Positions 48,674 to 60,229 of a stretch of 64,000 bases of DNA are shown piece after piece. The notes beneath the pieces are model-generated. The model was not told where the DNA came from, searched no databases, and saw only the letters and a list, made by a program, of their open reading frames with translations. The position numbers and the translations under genes were made by a program. This DNA is from an uncultured Clostridium sp. (GTDB lineage Bacteria > Bacillota > Clostridia > TANB77 > CAG-508), in the NCBI GenBank assembly GCA_964370265.1, contig CAYJIP010000004.1, forward strand, positions 13,465 through 77,464, read 5' to 3'. The stretch's first letter is position 1. Each line of letters starts with the position of its first letter.

Positions 48674-49582
48674 TTATTTTTTTGTTTTGTCGTCTGTCAT
48701 TATTTCTTTAATTGTTCCTAAAGAACTTAATGCAGATGTCGCTTCAAAAGGTATGAAAATTTTATTAGCATCACCTTTTGCAACTTCTTGAAGAGCTTCT
48801 AAAGATTTTAGTTGAACTAATTTATCATCAGGTGCAGCAGCTTTCATAGCATCATAAACCATTTGTATTTCACGAGCTTTTGCTTCAGCTACTTCTTTTA
48901 TTGCTTGAGCCTCACCGGCAGCTCTTCTGATTTTTGATTCTCTATCAGCTTCTGCTTCTAATATAGCAGCTTGTTTTCTACCTTCAGCAATAGTGATAGC
49001 AGATTGTCTTTGTGCTTCAGATTCTAAAATCAAAGCTCTTTTATTTCTTTCAGCATTCATTTCTTTTTCCATTGCGTCTCTAATATCAGCTGGTGGTGTA
49101 ATATCTTTAATTTCAACTCGGTCTATTTTACATCCCCATTTATCAGTAGCTTCATCTAATTTGATTCTTAAACTGTTATTTATACCATCTCTTGAACTAA
49201 ATGTTTCATCTAAATCCATTTTACCGATTATATCACGGATTGTAGTAATGGCTAAGTATTCTATACCTTTTTTCAAACTTTGAATTTCATAAACAGCTTT
49301 TGCTGGATCTGTTATTTGATAGAATACAACTGTATCTATTGTAATAGTAACATTATCTTTTGTAATAACACCTTGTGGTGGAATATCCATAGTTTGTTGT
49401 TTTAAACTTACAACACTTCTAACATGGTCGAAAAACGGTACTATAATTGTAAGACCAGCATCAGCTATCTTATAAAATTTACCTAATCTTTCTATAATAT
49501 AAATTTCAGATTGTTTAACAATCTTGATTGACATTGCAGCTATAATAAAGACTATAACAACAAATATAATTAAAAAATACAT
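48674..49582 (-). CDS. SPFH/band-7 (stomatin-like) protein
   Basis: An N-terminal TM precedes the SPFH domain and a C-terminal coiled coil (AEADRESKIRRAAGEAQAI). It is classically paired with NfeD. Confidence 0.85.
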   Translation of the reverse strand: MYFLIIFVVIVFIIAAMSIKIVKQSEIYIIERLGKFYKIADAGLTIIVPFFDHVRSVVSLKQQTMDIPPQGVITKDNVTITIDTVVFYQITDPAKAVYEIQSLKKGIEYLAITTIRDIIGKMDLDETFSSRDGINNSLRIKLDEATDKWGCKIDRVEIKDITPPADIRDAMEKEMNAERNKRALILESEAQRQSAITIAEGRKQAAILEAEADRESKIRRAAGEAQAIKEVAEAKAREIQMVYDAMKAAAPDDKLVQLKSLEALQEVAKGDANKIFIPFEATSALSSLGTIKEIMTDDKTKK

Positions 49583-49595
49583 AATTAAACCTCCT

Positions 49596-50042
49596 TTAAA
49601 TTTTAGAAGAAATTTCTACTGGTGTTACAACAGTTTTAACACCTTTAATTTCAACTACTTTAATTTCTGTTCCTTTTGGTATATGTACATTATTTAAACT
49701 AGTAGCAGACCAAGTCTCACCATTTAATTTTATTAATCCTGAAGAATTTATAGGATCAATATTTTCAGTAACAATACCAACTTTTCCAATAATTGAAAAA
49801 GCATTTGTTTGATTAGTTGCACTTATTTTTTGAGTCAATTTTTTAGTTAGTGGTTTAGTTGCAAAGATCAACAATGTTGAAAATACTACAAATACTATTG
49901 TTTGAATAACAATACTATCAGTTATAAAACTTGCAATCATTGCAAAAATTGCTCCAAGTGCAAACCAAAAGACTAAAAATCCATGTGTCATTATTTCTAA
50001 AATTAAAAATGCACCAGCAATTATTAACCAAATTTGCCACAT
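49596..50042 (-). CDS. NfeD-family membrane protein (short form, OB-fold C-terminus)
   Basis: It has three TMs and the C-terminal motif GKVGIVTENI...GLIKLNGETWSA. It lies upstream of the SPFH gene in an operon arrangement. Confidence 0.75.
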   Translation of the reverse strand: MWQIWLIIAGAFLILEIMTHGFLVFWFALGAIFAMIASFITDSIVIQTIVFVVFSTLLIFATKPLTKKLTQKISATNQTNAFSIIGKVGIVTENIDPINSSGLIKLNGETWSATSLNNVHIPKGTEIKVVEIKGVKTVVTPVEISSKI

Positions 50043-50147
50043 AATAAAACCTCCCTTGTAACAACTAATATAATTATATCACAAATATGAATAAAATGGA
50101 ATATATTAAGATAATAAAACTAGAAGACATAAGTAGAAAAAGAATAA

Positions 50148-50196
50148 GTGAAAAATAAGGAAAATAAAAATGAAAAATAAAAATGAAAAATAAAAT
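50148..50196. repeat. AT-rich tandem repeat, about three copies of a 12-13 bp unit (aaaataaaaatg)
   Basis: It was read directly in the clpC upstream region. Confidence 0.6.
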
Positions 50197-50269
50197 ATTC
50201 TGCAAATGTATAAAAAATAGAAAAATGGAAATATTCTATAAAATTAAAGTATAGAGAGGAAATTATAGA

Positions 50270-50446
50270 ATGAATGATAAAAAAGAATTAAAAAAGGATG
50301 AGGAATATAGAGAAAAACAAAGTGAAAAAGCATCATATATACCAACATATTTCGAATGGGTAAATGTTGAAGAACAAAAAGAAATTGTAGATAAGTTAGA
50401 GAAAATTTCTAATGTTGAAACTAGTAAAGATGAGGTGAGTAAATGA
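50270..50446 (+). CDS. Small ORF (58 aa) translationally coupled to clpC (ATGA overlap)
   Basis: It has an AGAGAGGA RBS. Its TGA stop overlaps the clpC ATG. The acidic protein reads [58 protein letters not shown]. It is absent from the ORF track because it is below 60 aa. Confidence 0.35.
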   Translation: MNDKKELKKDEEYREKQSEKASYIPTYFEWVNVEEQKEIVDKLEKISNVETSKDEVSK

Positions 50447-53070
50447 TGTATAAGTATACAACAAGAGCCAAAAAAGCAATGGAGATAGCAAATGATATAG
50501 CTACAAAGTATGGACATAAATATTTAGGTACTGAACATATTTTATATGGATTATTAAAAGAAGGTAATGGTGTAGGTGCAAAGGTTTTAAAAAATTTAGA
50601 ATTAAAACCAGAAGATATAGAAGAAAAAATACTTGAATTATTAGGTAATAACGATAATGTATATGAAATTGAATATAATGAATCGAAAAAAGAAAAAGGA
50701 ATAAATAATAAGAAGAAAGAAGAAAAAGTAGAAAAAAAATCTGGAAAAATATTCGAAAAAAACACAAATACAAAAGGCAAGGGGGTAAAAAAAGAGAGAA
50801 TAAATGGTTTAACACCAAATACTAAAAAAGTATTAGAAAATGCTTTAGTTGAAACGCAAAAAATAGGGTATGATTATATAGGAACAGAACAAATACTTAT
50901 AGGAATAGTTAGAAACGGTGAAAACTTTGCAATTAAGATATTATCAGAATTGGATATCAATACAAATAAATTGTATACAGAAATAATAAAGGTAATACAA
51001 GAATCGGATGATTTGAAAGAGTATAAGGTAGAAAAAGAAAAAAGTGATACTACTAGTACATATAAAGAAATAGAGACATTAAATCAATATGGAGAAGATT
51101 TAACACAAAAAGCAATAGAGAATAAGGTTGATCCTGTTATTGGAAGAAATTTAGAAATAGATAGAGTTATTCAGATATTATCAAGAAGAACAAAAAATAA
51201 TCCGTGTTTAATAGGTGAACCAGGAGTTGGTAAAACAGCAATAATAGAAGGATTAGCACAAAAAATAGTAAATGGTGAAGTTCCGGAAAATTTAAAAGAA
51301 AAAGTAATAGTAACATTAGACATATCATCAATGGTAGCAGGTGCTAAGTATAGAGGAGATTTCGAAGAACGTATTAAAAAAGTCTTAGATGAAATTAAAG
51401 AAGCTAAAGACATAATAATATTTATAGATGAAATTCATACAATAGTAGGAGCAGGAGCTGCTGAGGGAGCTATTGATGCAGCTAATATTTTAAAACCACT
51501 ATTAGCAAGAGGAGAGATACAATTAGTAGGAGCTACAACTATAAATGAATATAGAAAATATATAGAGAAAGATAGTGCATTAGAAAGAAGATTTAGTCCA
51601 ATAATAGTTAATGAACCAAGTAAAGAAGATACAATAAGCATTTTAAAAGGTATAAGAGAAAAGTATGAAAATTATCATAATGTCATAATTTCAGATGAAG
51701 CAATAGAATGTGCTGTAGAAATGTCTGTGAGATATATTACAGATAGATTTTTACCAGATAAAGCAATTGATTTAATTGATGAAGCTTCAGCAAAAGCAAG
51801 GTTGAAAATATATAAAAAGCCGCAATATTTTAAAAAAATAGAAGAAAAATTAGAAAAGATAAAAAATGAGAAAGAAAAAGCTATAGATAAGCAGGAATAT
51901 GAAAAAGCAGCAGAAATTAGAGATAAAGAAGATAAAATAAAGTATGAATATAAAGAGAAATACGATAAATGGGAAAAAAATAAAGAGAAAATAAAATCTA
52001 AAATTCAAAATGAAAATATTGCAGAGATAATAGCTGAATGGACAAAAATCAATGTGGAAAAAATAAATGAAAAAGAAAATATAAAATTAAAAGAATTAGA
52101 AAAGAATTTACAAAAAAGAGTAATAGGGCAAGAATATGCAGTAGAATCAATCTCTAAAGCTATAAGAAGAGGAAGAGTAGGTCTTAATAATGGTAAAAGA
52201 CCAATAGGATCATTTTTGTTTTTAGGACCAACTGGAGTAGGGAAAACAGAACTATGTAAAGCACTTGCAGAAAATTTATTTGGAAAAGAAGATGATCTAA
52301 TTAAAATAGATATGTCAGAATATATGGAATCACATTCGGTTTCAAAATTAATTGGTTCACCTCCAGGTTATGTAGGATTTAATGAATCTGGACAATTGAC
52401 AGAAAAAATAAGAAGAAGACCATATTCAATTATATTATTTGATGAAATTGAAAAAGCTCATATTGATGTTATGAATATATTACTTCAAATATTAGAAGAT
52501 GGAAAATTGACAGATTCACAAGGGAAAGAAGTTAATTTTAAAAATACAATAATTATTATGACCTCTAATATTGGAGCTAAATTAATTACTAATAAAAACA
52601 ATCTAGGATTTTGTGTGAATAGTAGAAATGAAATGAATGAAAAACAAATTAAGATAGATAATGAAGATGTTGAAAATTCTGAAATAAAAATAGAAAATAA
52701 AAAAATACAAAAAGAAGTAATGGGGGAATTGAAAAAAGAATTAAAACCTGAATTGATAAATAGAATAGATGAAATTATAGTATTTAATAAATTAGAAGAT
52801 AAGCATTTGTTAGAAATCATTGATATTATGTTGAATGACATAGTTAAAAGATTAGAAATTAAAGATATTAAAATAAATATTACAGAAGATGTAAAAAAAC
52901 AAATACTAGAGCAAACAACGGAATTAGGTTATGGTGCGAGACCCTTAAGAAGAACTATTCAAAAAACAATTGAAAATATGTTAGCTGATAAGATAATTGA
53001 ATTAGATATTGAAAAAAACTTAGATATAAGCATATATGTAGAGGAAAAAGAGATTAAAATAAAAAATTAA
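50443..53070 (+). CDS. clpC: ATP-dependent Clp protease ATP-binding subunit ClpC
   Basis: It has two Clp_N repeats, an AAA D1 (GEPGVGKTA), a UVR-like linker ([12 protein letters not shown]), a D2 (GPTGVGKTE) and a C-terminal D2-small domain. Confidence 0.9.
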   Translation: MMYKYTTRAKKAMEIANDIATKYGHKYLGTEHILYGLLKEGNGVGAKVLKNLELKPEDIEEKILELLGNNDNVYEIEYNESKKEKGINNKKKEEKVEKKSGKIFEKNTNTKGKGVKKERINGLTPNTKKVLENALVETQKIGYDYIGTEQILIGIVRNGENFAIKILSELDINTNKLYTEIIKVIQESDDLKEYKVEKEKSDTTSTYKEIETLNQYGEDLTQKAIENKVDPVIGRNLEIDRVIQILSRRTKNNPCLIGEPGVGKTAIIEGLAQKIVNGEVPENLKEKVIVTLDISSMVAGAKYRGDFEERIKKVLDEIKEAKDIIIFIDEIHTIVGAGAAEGAIDAANILKPLLARGEIQLVGATTINEYRKYIEKDSALERRFSPIIVNEPSKEDTISILKGIREKYENYHNVIISDEAIECAVEMSVRYITDRFLPDKAIDLIDEASAKARLKIYKKPQYFKKIEEKLEKIKNEKEKAIDKQEYEKAAEIRDKEDKIKYEYKEKYDKWEKNKEKIKSKIQNENIAEIIAEWTKINVEKINEKENIKLKELEKNLQKRVIGQEYAVESISKAIRRGRVGLNNGKRPIGSFLFLGPTGVGKTELCKALAENLFGKEDDLIKIDMSEYMESHSVSKLIGSPPGYVGFNESGQLTEKIRRRPYSIILFDEIEKAHIDVMNILLQILEDGKLTDSQGKEVNFKNTIIIMTSNIGAKLITNKNNLGFCVNSRNEMNEKQIKIDNEDVENSEIKIENKKIQKEVMGELKKELKPELINRIDEIIVFNKLEDKHLLEIIDIMLNDIVKRLEIKDIKINITEDVKKQILEQTTELGYGARPLRRTIQKTIENMLADKIIELDIEKNLDISIYVEEKEIKIKN

Positions 53071-53214
53071 GAATCAAATTGTAATGCAAACGGTAATATA
53101 TCTTGTTTGTAATATTATGTAAAATATGATATAATATTAAATGTAAAAAAAGTTTAAGTATATTTTATCAATTAATAGAGAGGTTGATAAAAACATTATG
53201 AAGGAGATTACAAC

Positions 53215-53811
53215 ATGACAAGAAAACAACTAAGAGTAATAATGATTACTTTTTTAACACTCATTATTATGGGTGTCACAACCTATGCAAGCTATAATAT
53301 GTCTTCAAGCAGAAAGTTTGAAACAGAAAAAAATATTAATTATGATCAACTGAAAGTTGAGAAAATTAATGAAGAAGAATATATATATCAAATAAATATA
53401 CCATATGGTAATGACGAAATATATATTAAATCAGAAAGAACAATGGATATTGTTAAAAACGAAGATGGTGAATATCAAATAGAAATACCTCTATATGAAG
53501 GAGACTATTTCGTGCAGGTGCAATATGACGATATTCCAGTAGTAAAACATACTGAAGGAACAAATTATGGTCCAGACGATGAATATATTTGGGAATTGGA
53601 ATATTATGAAATTTTGTACTATGAAGGAATAAAATTATTTTACTATGATTATTCATCAATAAGTGATGTAATACCTATTGGTCTGAATTCAAAATTTGAT
53701 ATTCAATATGAAGATGGAAATGTGGGAAATGTATTATCTGCTAAATACGTAATAGAAATTCCCATAAATATTGAATTAGAAAGTGGTTTGAAAATAAAAG
53801 TATATAATTAA
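53215..53811 (+). CDS. Hypothetical membrane-anchored Y/E-rich protein
   Basis: An N-terminal TM is followed by a beta-rich Tyr/Glu-rich ectodomain. No domain was recognised. A GAAGGAG RBS precedes the start. Confidence 0.4.
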   Translation: MTRKQLRVIMITFLTLIIMGVTTYASYNMSSSRKFETEKNINYDQLKVEKINEEEYIYQINIPYGNDEIYIKSERTMDIVKNEDGEYQIEIPLYEGDYFVQVQYDDIPVVKHTEGTNYGPDDEYIWELEYYEILYYEGIKLFYYDYSSISDVIPIGLNSKFDIQYEDGNVGNVLSAKYVIEIPINIELESGLKIKVYN

Positions 53812-53914
53812 AATAGTTAAAACTCTCTGAAAAATGGTGATATAAATATTAGAAAAATCTAATAAATATATCATCATTTTATTTGTTTTTGATTAAAAAT
53901 AATTGAATAAGACA

Positions 53915-53985
53915 ATATAAATTAAATGTAAATTAAATATATATTAAATATAAATTAAATGTAAATTAAATATAAATCCATTTAC
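53915..53985. repeat. Two direct copies of a ~25-bp AT-rich unit (aattaaatgtaaattaaatat) upstream of dxs
   Basis: It was read directly. It lies immediately upstream of a TTACTA-16-TGaTATAAT (extended -10) promoter at about 53979-54009. Confidence 0.55.
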
Positions 53986-54029
53986 TAATAGCCTTTACCA
54001 TGATATAATCGTGTGCAAAGGTGGTTTTT

Positions 54030-55889
54030 ATGTTAGAAAAAATAAATAATATAGATGAATTAAAAAAATTAAAATATAAAGAAAAAGCAGAATTAGCAAA
54101 AGATATAAGAGAATATATATTAGATATTGTGTCAGAAAATGGAGGACATTTAGCATCTAATTTAGGTGTCGTAGAGTTAACAATAGCGATACATTCGGTA
54201 TTTAACTTGCCAGAAGATAAAGTTGTTTGGGATGTTGGGCATCAATCATATGTACATAAAATATTAACGGGAAGAAAAGAAAAATTAAAAAATATTAGAA
54301 AATTTGGTGGAATAGCAGGTTTTCCAAAGACTAACGAATGTCCAACAGATTGTTTTAATACAGGGCATAGTAGTACATCAATTTCTGCAGCATTAGGAAT
54401 GGCAAGAGCAAGAGATTTAAAAGGTGGAAATAATTCTGTAATGGCAGTTATAGGTGATGGATCATTAACAGGAGGAATGGCACTTGAAGCTTTGAATGAT
54501 GCAGGATTTAGTCAGACGAAATTAACAGTAATATTAAATGATAATGAAATGAGTATATCAAAAAATATTGGTGGAATGAATATGTTATTAACAAGATTGA
54601 GGACTAAAAAAACATATGATAAATCAAGTCATGTTGTAAAAAAAGTAATATTAAAAGTTCCAGCATTAGGCAAAGGAGTAATAAGACTGGTTAGATCTGT
54701 TAAAAGAAGTATGAAACAATTAATAATACCTAAAATGTTTTTTGAAGATATAGGATTTAGATATTTAGGACCAGTAGATGGTCATGATACTAAAGAACTA
54801 GAAAGAATGTTAGAAATAACAAAAAAACTTAATGGACCAATATTATTACATGTAATAACAAAAAAAGGTAAGGGGTATAAGATTGCAGAAGAAACACCGG
54901 ATAAATTTCATGCAACAGGACCATTTGATTTGGAAACAGGAAAAGGTAAAGCTGTAAAGAAAGCAGATTATTCAAAAATATTTGGAGAACAATTAGTAGA
55001 GCTTGCGAAAGAAAATTCTAATATAGTTGCAATAACAGCTTCTATGAGAGATGGAACAGGTCTTAAAGAGTTTGCAGAAACATATCCAAATAGATTTTTT
55101 GATATAGGTATAGCAGAGCAACACGCAGTGTGTTTAGCAGCAGGAATGGCTAAAGAAGGAATGATACCATTTGTTCCAATATATTCATCTTTTTATCAAA
55201 GAGCATACGATCAAGTGATTCATGATATAGCAATTCAAAATTTACCAGTTGTAATGTGTGTTGATAGAGCAGGTATAGTTGGTGCAGATGGAGAAACACA
55301 TCAAGGTACATTAGATTTAGCATTTTTTAGATTAGTACCAAATTTAACAATATTAGCACCAAAAGACTTTAAAGAGTTAAAAGAAATGATGAAATTTGCT
55401 GTGGAATTAAAAAAACCAGTAGTTATAAGATATCCTAGAGGTGGAGAAGGTAAAATAGAATTCAAAAAATGTGAAAAAATTGAATTGGGAAAATCAGAAA
55501 TACTTAAAAAAGGGAATGAAATAACACTAATAGCAATTGGGAAAATGGTAGATCAAGCAATGGGATTTGCAGAAAAATATGAAAAAGAAAATAGTAAAAA
55601 AGATGCAGTTGAAGTTATTAACGCTAGATTCTTAAAACCATTAGATGTTGAAACTATAAAAAGATCTATAGAGAAAACTAAAAATGTTATAACAATAGAA
55701 GATGGAGCTATGATAAATGGATTAGGAACAGCTGTTAAAGAGTTAGTAATTGACGAAAAACTACAAAATGTAAAAATTAAAACATATGCATATCCAGATA
55801 AATATATAGAACATGGTTCTGTAGATGAATTAGAGGAAAAATATAATATGATAATAAAAAGTGAGGATATATTAAATGAACAAAAATGA
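54030..55889 (+). CDS. dxs: 1-deoxy-D-xylulose-5-phosphate synthase
   Basis: It has the TPP-binding GDG...N motif (IGDGSLTGGMALEALND), a transketolase-like pyrimidine domain and a C-domain. The start was trimmed to ATG 54030 after an AAAGGTGG RBS. Confidence 0.9.
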   Translation: MLEKINNIDELKKLKYKEKAELAKDIREYILDIVSENGGHLASNLGVVELTIAIHSVFNLPEDKVVWDVGHQSYVHKILTGRKEKLKNIRKFGGIAGFPKTNECPTDCFNTGHSSTSISAALGMARARDLKGGNNSVMAVIGDGSLTGGMALEALNDAGFSQTKLTVILNDNEMSISKNIGGMNMLLTRLRTKKTYDKSSHVVKKVILKVPALGKGVIRLVRSVKRSMKQLIIPKMFFEDIGFRYLGPVDGHDTKELERMLEITKKLNGPILLHVITKKGKGYKIAEETPDKFHATGPFDLETGKGKAVKKADYSKIFGEQLVELAKENSNIVAITASMRDGTGLKEFAETYPNRFFDIGIAEQHAVCLAAGMAKEGMIPFVPIYSSFYQRAYDQVIHDIAIQNLPVVMCVDRAGIVGADGETHQGTLDLAFFRLVPNLTILAPKDFKELKEMMKFAVELKKPVVIRYPRGGEGKIEFKKCEKIELGKSEILKKGNEITLIAIGKMVDQAMGFAEKYEKENSKKDAVEVINARFLKPLDVETIKRSIEKTKNVITIEDGAMINGLGTAVKELVIDEKLQNVKIKTYAYPDKYIEHGSVDELEEKYNMIIKSEDILNEQK

Positions 55890-56679
55890 TTTGTTAAAAG
55901 AATATAAGAGACAAGAAGATAGAATTTGTTTAGCACACATATTAGATAAAATAGAATTTAGTGAAAAAAGAGATAAAATAGAATTTACAGATTTCTTAGA
56001 TATGTATCAAATTTCACTTGTTGAAAATTTTATGAAAAAAATCAAACATACAAATTATATATTATTTGGAGGATATGAAAATGCTGAGAGAAAAGTATTA
56101 ATAATATATCCAGATAAATTTAATTTAGAAATGATAATAAAAAATTATTCTAAAATGTTAAGTGTTATTAGAATTACATTACCAAAGGAAGAAAAAGGTA
56201 ATTATGCACATAGAAATTATTTAGGTGGAATAGTTAAATTAGGTTTAAAAAGAGAAAAAGTAGGAGATATAATTGTAAGTGAAGAAGGAGCAGATATATT
56301 AACAGTATCTGATTTTGAAACAATTTTATCAGAAGAACTTAAAACTTTAACAAGATTCCAAAACAGTGAGTTTGAAATACTTGGAATTGAAAAAATAGAA
56401 CCAAAAGAAATTAAAACAGAAGTTGTAAATATAATACCACCATCACTAAGATTGGATAATATAGTATCAGATTTAGCAAAAACGTCAAGAAGTAAAGCAG
56501 TTGAAATAATAGGTCAAGAAAGAGTATTTTTAAATGGTGAATGTATAACAAAGCAATCTAAAGGAATAAAAGTTGGTGATACAATAACAATAAGAGGAAA
56601 AGGAAGGTTTGTAATAAAAGAACAAACTGGAACAACGAGAAGTGGAAGAATAGTATTAGCAGTTGAAAAATTCATTTGA
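55876..56679 (+). CDS. YlmH-like RNA-binding S4 domain protein
   Basis: A C-terminal S4 motif (LRLDNIVSDLAKTSRSKAVEIIGQERVFLNGE) follows an N-terminal YlmH-like region. It overlaps the dxs stop by 14 nt (ATG...TGA), suggesting translational coupling. Confidence 0.5.
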   Translation: MNKNDLLKEYKRQEDRICLAHILDKIEFSEKRDKIEFTDFLDMYQISLVENFMKKIKHTNYILFGGYENAERKVLIIYPDKFNLEMIIKNYSKMLSVIRITLPKEEKGNYAHRNYLGGIVKLGLKREKVGDIIVSEEGADILTVSDFETILSEELKTLTRFQNSEFEILGIEKIEPKEIKTEVVNIIPPSLRLDNIVSDLAKTSRSKAVEIIGQERVFLNGECITKQSKGIKVGDTITIRGKGRFVIKEQTGTTRSGRIVLAVEKFI

Positions 56680-56762
56680 TAATATGAATAAAAATTGTTA
56701 AAGAAAGTAACTATTAAAATGATTTAATTCATTCTAATAGTTACCTTTATTATTTTATATTA

Positions 56763-59150
56763 TTATTTTAATTCAACTACAGTGACACCATCTTCACCTT
56801 CACCATATAAACCTAATCTAAATGATTTAACATGTGGATTCGTTTTTAAATATGAATGGATACTAGAACGAAGTTTTCCTGTTCCTTTTCCATGGACAAT
56901 ACGTACGATGTTTAATTTTGAAAGAGAACTATCATCTAAAAATTTTTCTACAATGTAAATTGCATCAAGTGTTGTTGTTCCTATAATATTTAATTCTGTA
57001 TTAGCTAATTTAGTTTTGGCTAAACTACTAAATGTAGAATTATTGCTATACTTATTTTTTTCTTTATTTTTATCTGAAATTTTCTGTTTTTCAGAGTTAT
57101 TTAATAATCTTAAATTTTTAATTGGGACATTCATTTTAATATTTCCTATTTGAACTTGAACATCTTTGGATTTAGAAACATTAGATATTATTGTACCATT
57201 TTGTTTTAATGTGATCACAAAAACTTCAGTATTAATTGTTAAATCATTAGGATTTAATGGAGTGATTTGAGTTTTATCGTTATTATCCTCAATAGTAGGA
57301 GATAAACTTTTAATTTTTGTATTTAATTTATTTCTCATAGATTCAGCAGTACTTTTATCAGAAACATTTTTCAAATCTCGTAAAATCAATGTTGCATCAT
57401 CTTTTGCATTTAAAAGAATTTCGCGAGCTTCTGTTTTTGCTTTTTCAATTATAGTGCTTTTTCTATCATTTAAATCTTGTTTTTCGTTTTCTAAAGCAGC
57501 TTTTAATTTTCTGGTTTTTTCTAAATTATCATGTATTTCTAATCTTTCGTTATCAAGTGCTATTTTGTTATCATATATATTTTTTAGTAACTCTTCAATA
57601 TTTACTTCATCAGTAGTTAAGAGTGATTTAGCCTTATCAATAATGTTATCACTAAGTCCTAATTTTTTACTGATAGCAAAGGCATTACTTTTACCAGGGA
57701 TACCAATTAATAACTTATATGTTGGTGTTAGAGTCGAAATATCGAATTCAACAGAAGCATTTTCGAATCCATCTGAAATTAAGGCATGTTGTTTTAATTC
57801 TTGGTAATGAGTTGTAGCAATAGTTAAACTTCCTATATTCTTCACATGTTCTAGAATACTTATAGCTAAATTAGCACCTTCTAAAGGATCTGTACCAGAA
57901 CCAAGTTCATCAACAAGAACTAATGAATTAGAAGTTAATTTATTTAAGATATCTACAATATTTAACATATGTGATGAAAAAGTACTAAGTGAATTTGTAA
58001 TACTTTGATCATCACCAATATCCGCGAAAATTTCATCAAATACATAAATAGAAGATTTTTCATCTGCTGGAATATTAAGTCCACTACAAGCCATGAGTGT
58101 TAAAAGTCCAACCGTTTTTAGTGTAACTGTTTTCCCACCAGTGTTTGGTCCTGTTATTAGAAGTGTTGAAAAAGATTCACCAAGATTAATTGAAACAGGG
58201 ACAATCTTTTCAGGATCTATTAATGGATGCCTAGCTTTTATTAGATTTAATTTTTTTTGAGTATTAACAACAGGTGTTATTGCATTTAAACTTTTTGAAT
58301 ATTTTGCTTTAGCAAATATAAAATCTAATTGACCTATTGTTGTATATGTTGAAAGAATTTCATCAATATATGGATAAAATAGTGATGTTAGTTCATAAAG
58401 TATTTTTTCAATTTCTATTAGTTCCAAATTTTTGACTTTTGTTAATTCATTATTCATTTCAAAAATGCTTAATGGTTCAATAAATACTGTTGAACCTGCA
58501 TTAGAAACATCATGAATAAATCCTTTTACATTTGACCTATATTCATCTTTAACAGGAATAACAAATCTATCATTTCTAATTGTTATAAGATTTTCTTGTA
58601 TATATTTCGAATATGATGAATGTATCATTTTATTTAATGTTGAGCGAATATCTTGTTCAATATTTTTTTTCTGTCTTCTTAAGTCAGATAAATTTTTAGA
58701 TGCATTATCATCTAAAGTGTTTTCATCAATTATACTGCTTAATATTTTATCAGAGATACTTTTATTTGAATAAAGATTATCAAAGTATGTTGATAAAATG
58801 GGGAAATCATTTGGGTTGATATATTCTTTCGAAAAATATATTTTTAAATTTTCAGAAAGTTTTAATATAGATGCTAGATTTAATAAAGACTTTAAATTTA
58901 GTGAATACCCTTTTTCTAATAATTTAATATCAATAGATATATCTATTATATTACCGAAAGATGGGAAATGACTCTTTATTTGTAAAAGACAAGCTTCATT
59001 TGTTTCATTTAATAAATCTTGTACTTTATTTAAATTATTCAAAGGTAATAATTTTTGTGTTAATTCAATTCCACTAGGTGTAGAACAAAAAGTGGATAAT
59101 GTTTGTATAATTTTGTTATATTCTAATTTTTCTAAATAACTGTTTTTCAT
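56763..59150 (-). CDS. mutS2: Endonuclease MutS2 (with C-terminal Smr domain)
   Basis: It has a MutS ATPase Walker A GPNTGGKT, DELGSGTDP and a C-terminal Smr domain (LDLHGKG-type, ...IVHGKGTGKLR). The start was trimmed to ATG 59150, which has an AGGAGA RBS. Confidence 0.9.
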   Translation of the reverse strand: MKNSYLEKLEYNKIIQTLSTFCSTPSGIELTQKLLPLNNLNKVQDLLNETNEACLLQIKSHFPSFGNIIDISIDIKLLEKGYSLNLKSLLNLASILKLSENLKIYFSKEYINPNDFPILSTYFDNLYSNKSISDKILSSIIDENTLDDNASKNLSDLRRQKKNIEQDIRSTLNKMIHSSYSKYIQENLITIRNDRFVIPVKDEYRSNVKGFIHDVSNAGSTVFIEPLSIFEMNNELTKVKNLELIEIEKILYELTSLFYPYIDEILSTYTTIGQLDFIFAKAKYSKSLNAITPVVNTQKKLNLIKARHPLIDPEKIVPVSINLGESFSTLLITGPNTGGKTVTLKTVGLLTLMACSGLNIPADEKSSIYVFDEIFADIGDDQSITNSLSTFSSHMLNIVDILNKLTSNSLVLVDELGSGTDPLEGANLAISILEHVKNIGSLTIATTHYQELKQHALISDGFENASVEFDISTLTPTYKLLIGIPGKSNAFAISKKLGLSDNIIDKAKSLLTTDEVNIEELLKNIYDNKIALDNERLEIHDNLEKTRKLKAALENEKQDLNDRKSTIIEKAKTEAREILLNAKDDATLILRDLKNVSDKSTAESMRNKLNTKIKSLSPTIEDNNDKTQITPLNPNDLTINTEVFVITLKQNGTIISNVSKSKDVQVQIGNIKMNVPIKNLRLLNNSEKQKISDKNKEKNKYSNNSTFSSLAKTKLANTELNIIGTTTLDAIYIVEKFLDDSSLSKLNIVRIVHGKGTGKLRSSIHSYLKTNPHVKSFRLGLYGEGEDGVTVVELK

Positions 59151-59470
59151 AAAATCTCCTAAATTACATAATATATAGATTATACAAGCAAAAAGAATAT
59201 TAGTCAATAATTTAAAAGCTGGGATAAGTTAGAATATGAATAAATTAGAATAATATGTGGTATATGAAAAAATAAATAAGTATATTATATAAAGTTCTGT
59301 AATATATTAAGATGTTGTTAGAATGATGGGAGAAAGTAATACAGAGTAGGAAAAAATTAATATTCACTAGAAAAACAAGGGAAATAATTGCAAAAAAATT
59401 ATTTATGTGATATATATTAGATAATATATAAATCTGTTAAAATATGAGAGATTTAAGAAGAGGTGAAAAA

Positions 59471-60208
59471 ATGATAAAAGCCTATGCTAAGACAGATATA
59501 GGAAAAGTTCGTGAAATAAATCAAGATGCATACTATATAACAGAAGATTCTTTTGAACAAATTCAGTTATTTATATTAGCTGATGGTATGGGTGGATATA
59601 ATGGTGGTGAAATAGCAAGTAATTTAGCAATACAATCTGCTAAAAGCTATATAGAAACTAATTTTGATCAAATAGAGAAAGATAGAGACAGCATATTACA
59701 ATTAGTTGCAAGTAGTGTTGAATATGCAAATATGGTGGTTTATGATAAATCAAAAACTGATCCAGAATTAGAAGGAATGGGAACAACATTTGAAGTATGT
59801 TTAATATATAATAATAAGGCATACATATGTCATATAGGTGATAGTAGAATATATAGAATTAGAAAAGATTTTACTAGGAAATTAACAAATGACCATAGTT
59901 ATGTTGAAAAATTAGTTAGAGAAGGAACAATTTCAAAAGAAGAAGCTGTTCATCATCCACAAAAAAATATGTTGATGAAAGCTTTAGGATGTAATTCGTT
60001 TATTGAGCCAGATGCTATGGTTAAAGGATTTTTAAAAGATGATATTATAGTAATGGGATCAGATGGTTTGACAAATATGGTAACAACAGAAGAAATTTTT
60101 GATAGTGCCAAAAAGAATATAGAACAAGCAGTAAAAGATTTAGTAGAAATAGCAAATGATAGAGGTGGATATGATAATATCACTGTAGTAATCATTAAAA
60201 ATATATAA
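59471..60208 (+). CDS. PP2C-family Ser/Thr phosphatase (Stp/PrpC-like)
   Basis: PPM motifs are present (ADGMGG, GDSRIY, GSDGL, GGYDNITVV). A GAGGTGA RBS precedes the ATG at 59471. It lies upstream of the PASTA kinase. Confidence 0.85.
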   Translation: MIKAYAKTDIGKVREINQDAYYITEDSFEQIQLFILADGMGGYNGGEIASNLAIQSAKSYIETNFDQIEKDRDSILQLVASSVEYANMVVYDKSKTDPELEGMGTTFEVCLIYNNKAYICHIGDSRIYRIRKDFTRKLTNDHSYVEKLVREGTISKEEAVHHPQKNMLMKALGCNSFIEPDAMVKGFLKDDIIVMGSDGLTNMVTTEEIFDSAKKNIEQAVKDLVEIANDRGGYDNITVVIIKNI

Positions 60209-60229
60209 TACTTATGAGGAGATGTATGT

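Noticed and set aside
50043-50442. CtsR operator upstream of clpC
   Set aside because: No GGTCAAA-N3-GGTCAAA heptad repeat is present in the upstream 400 nt.
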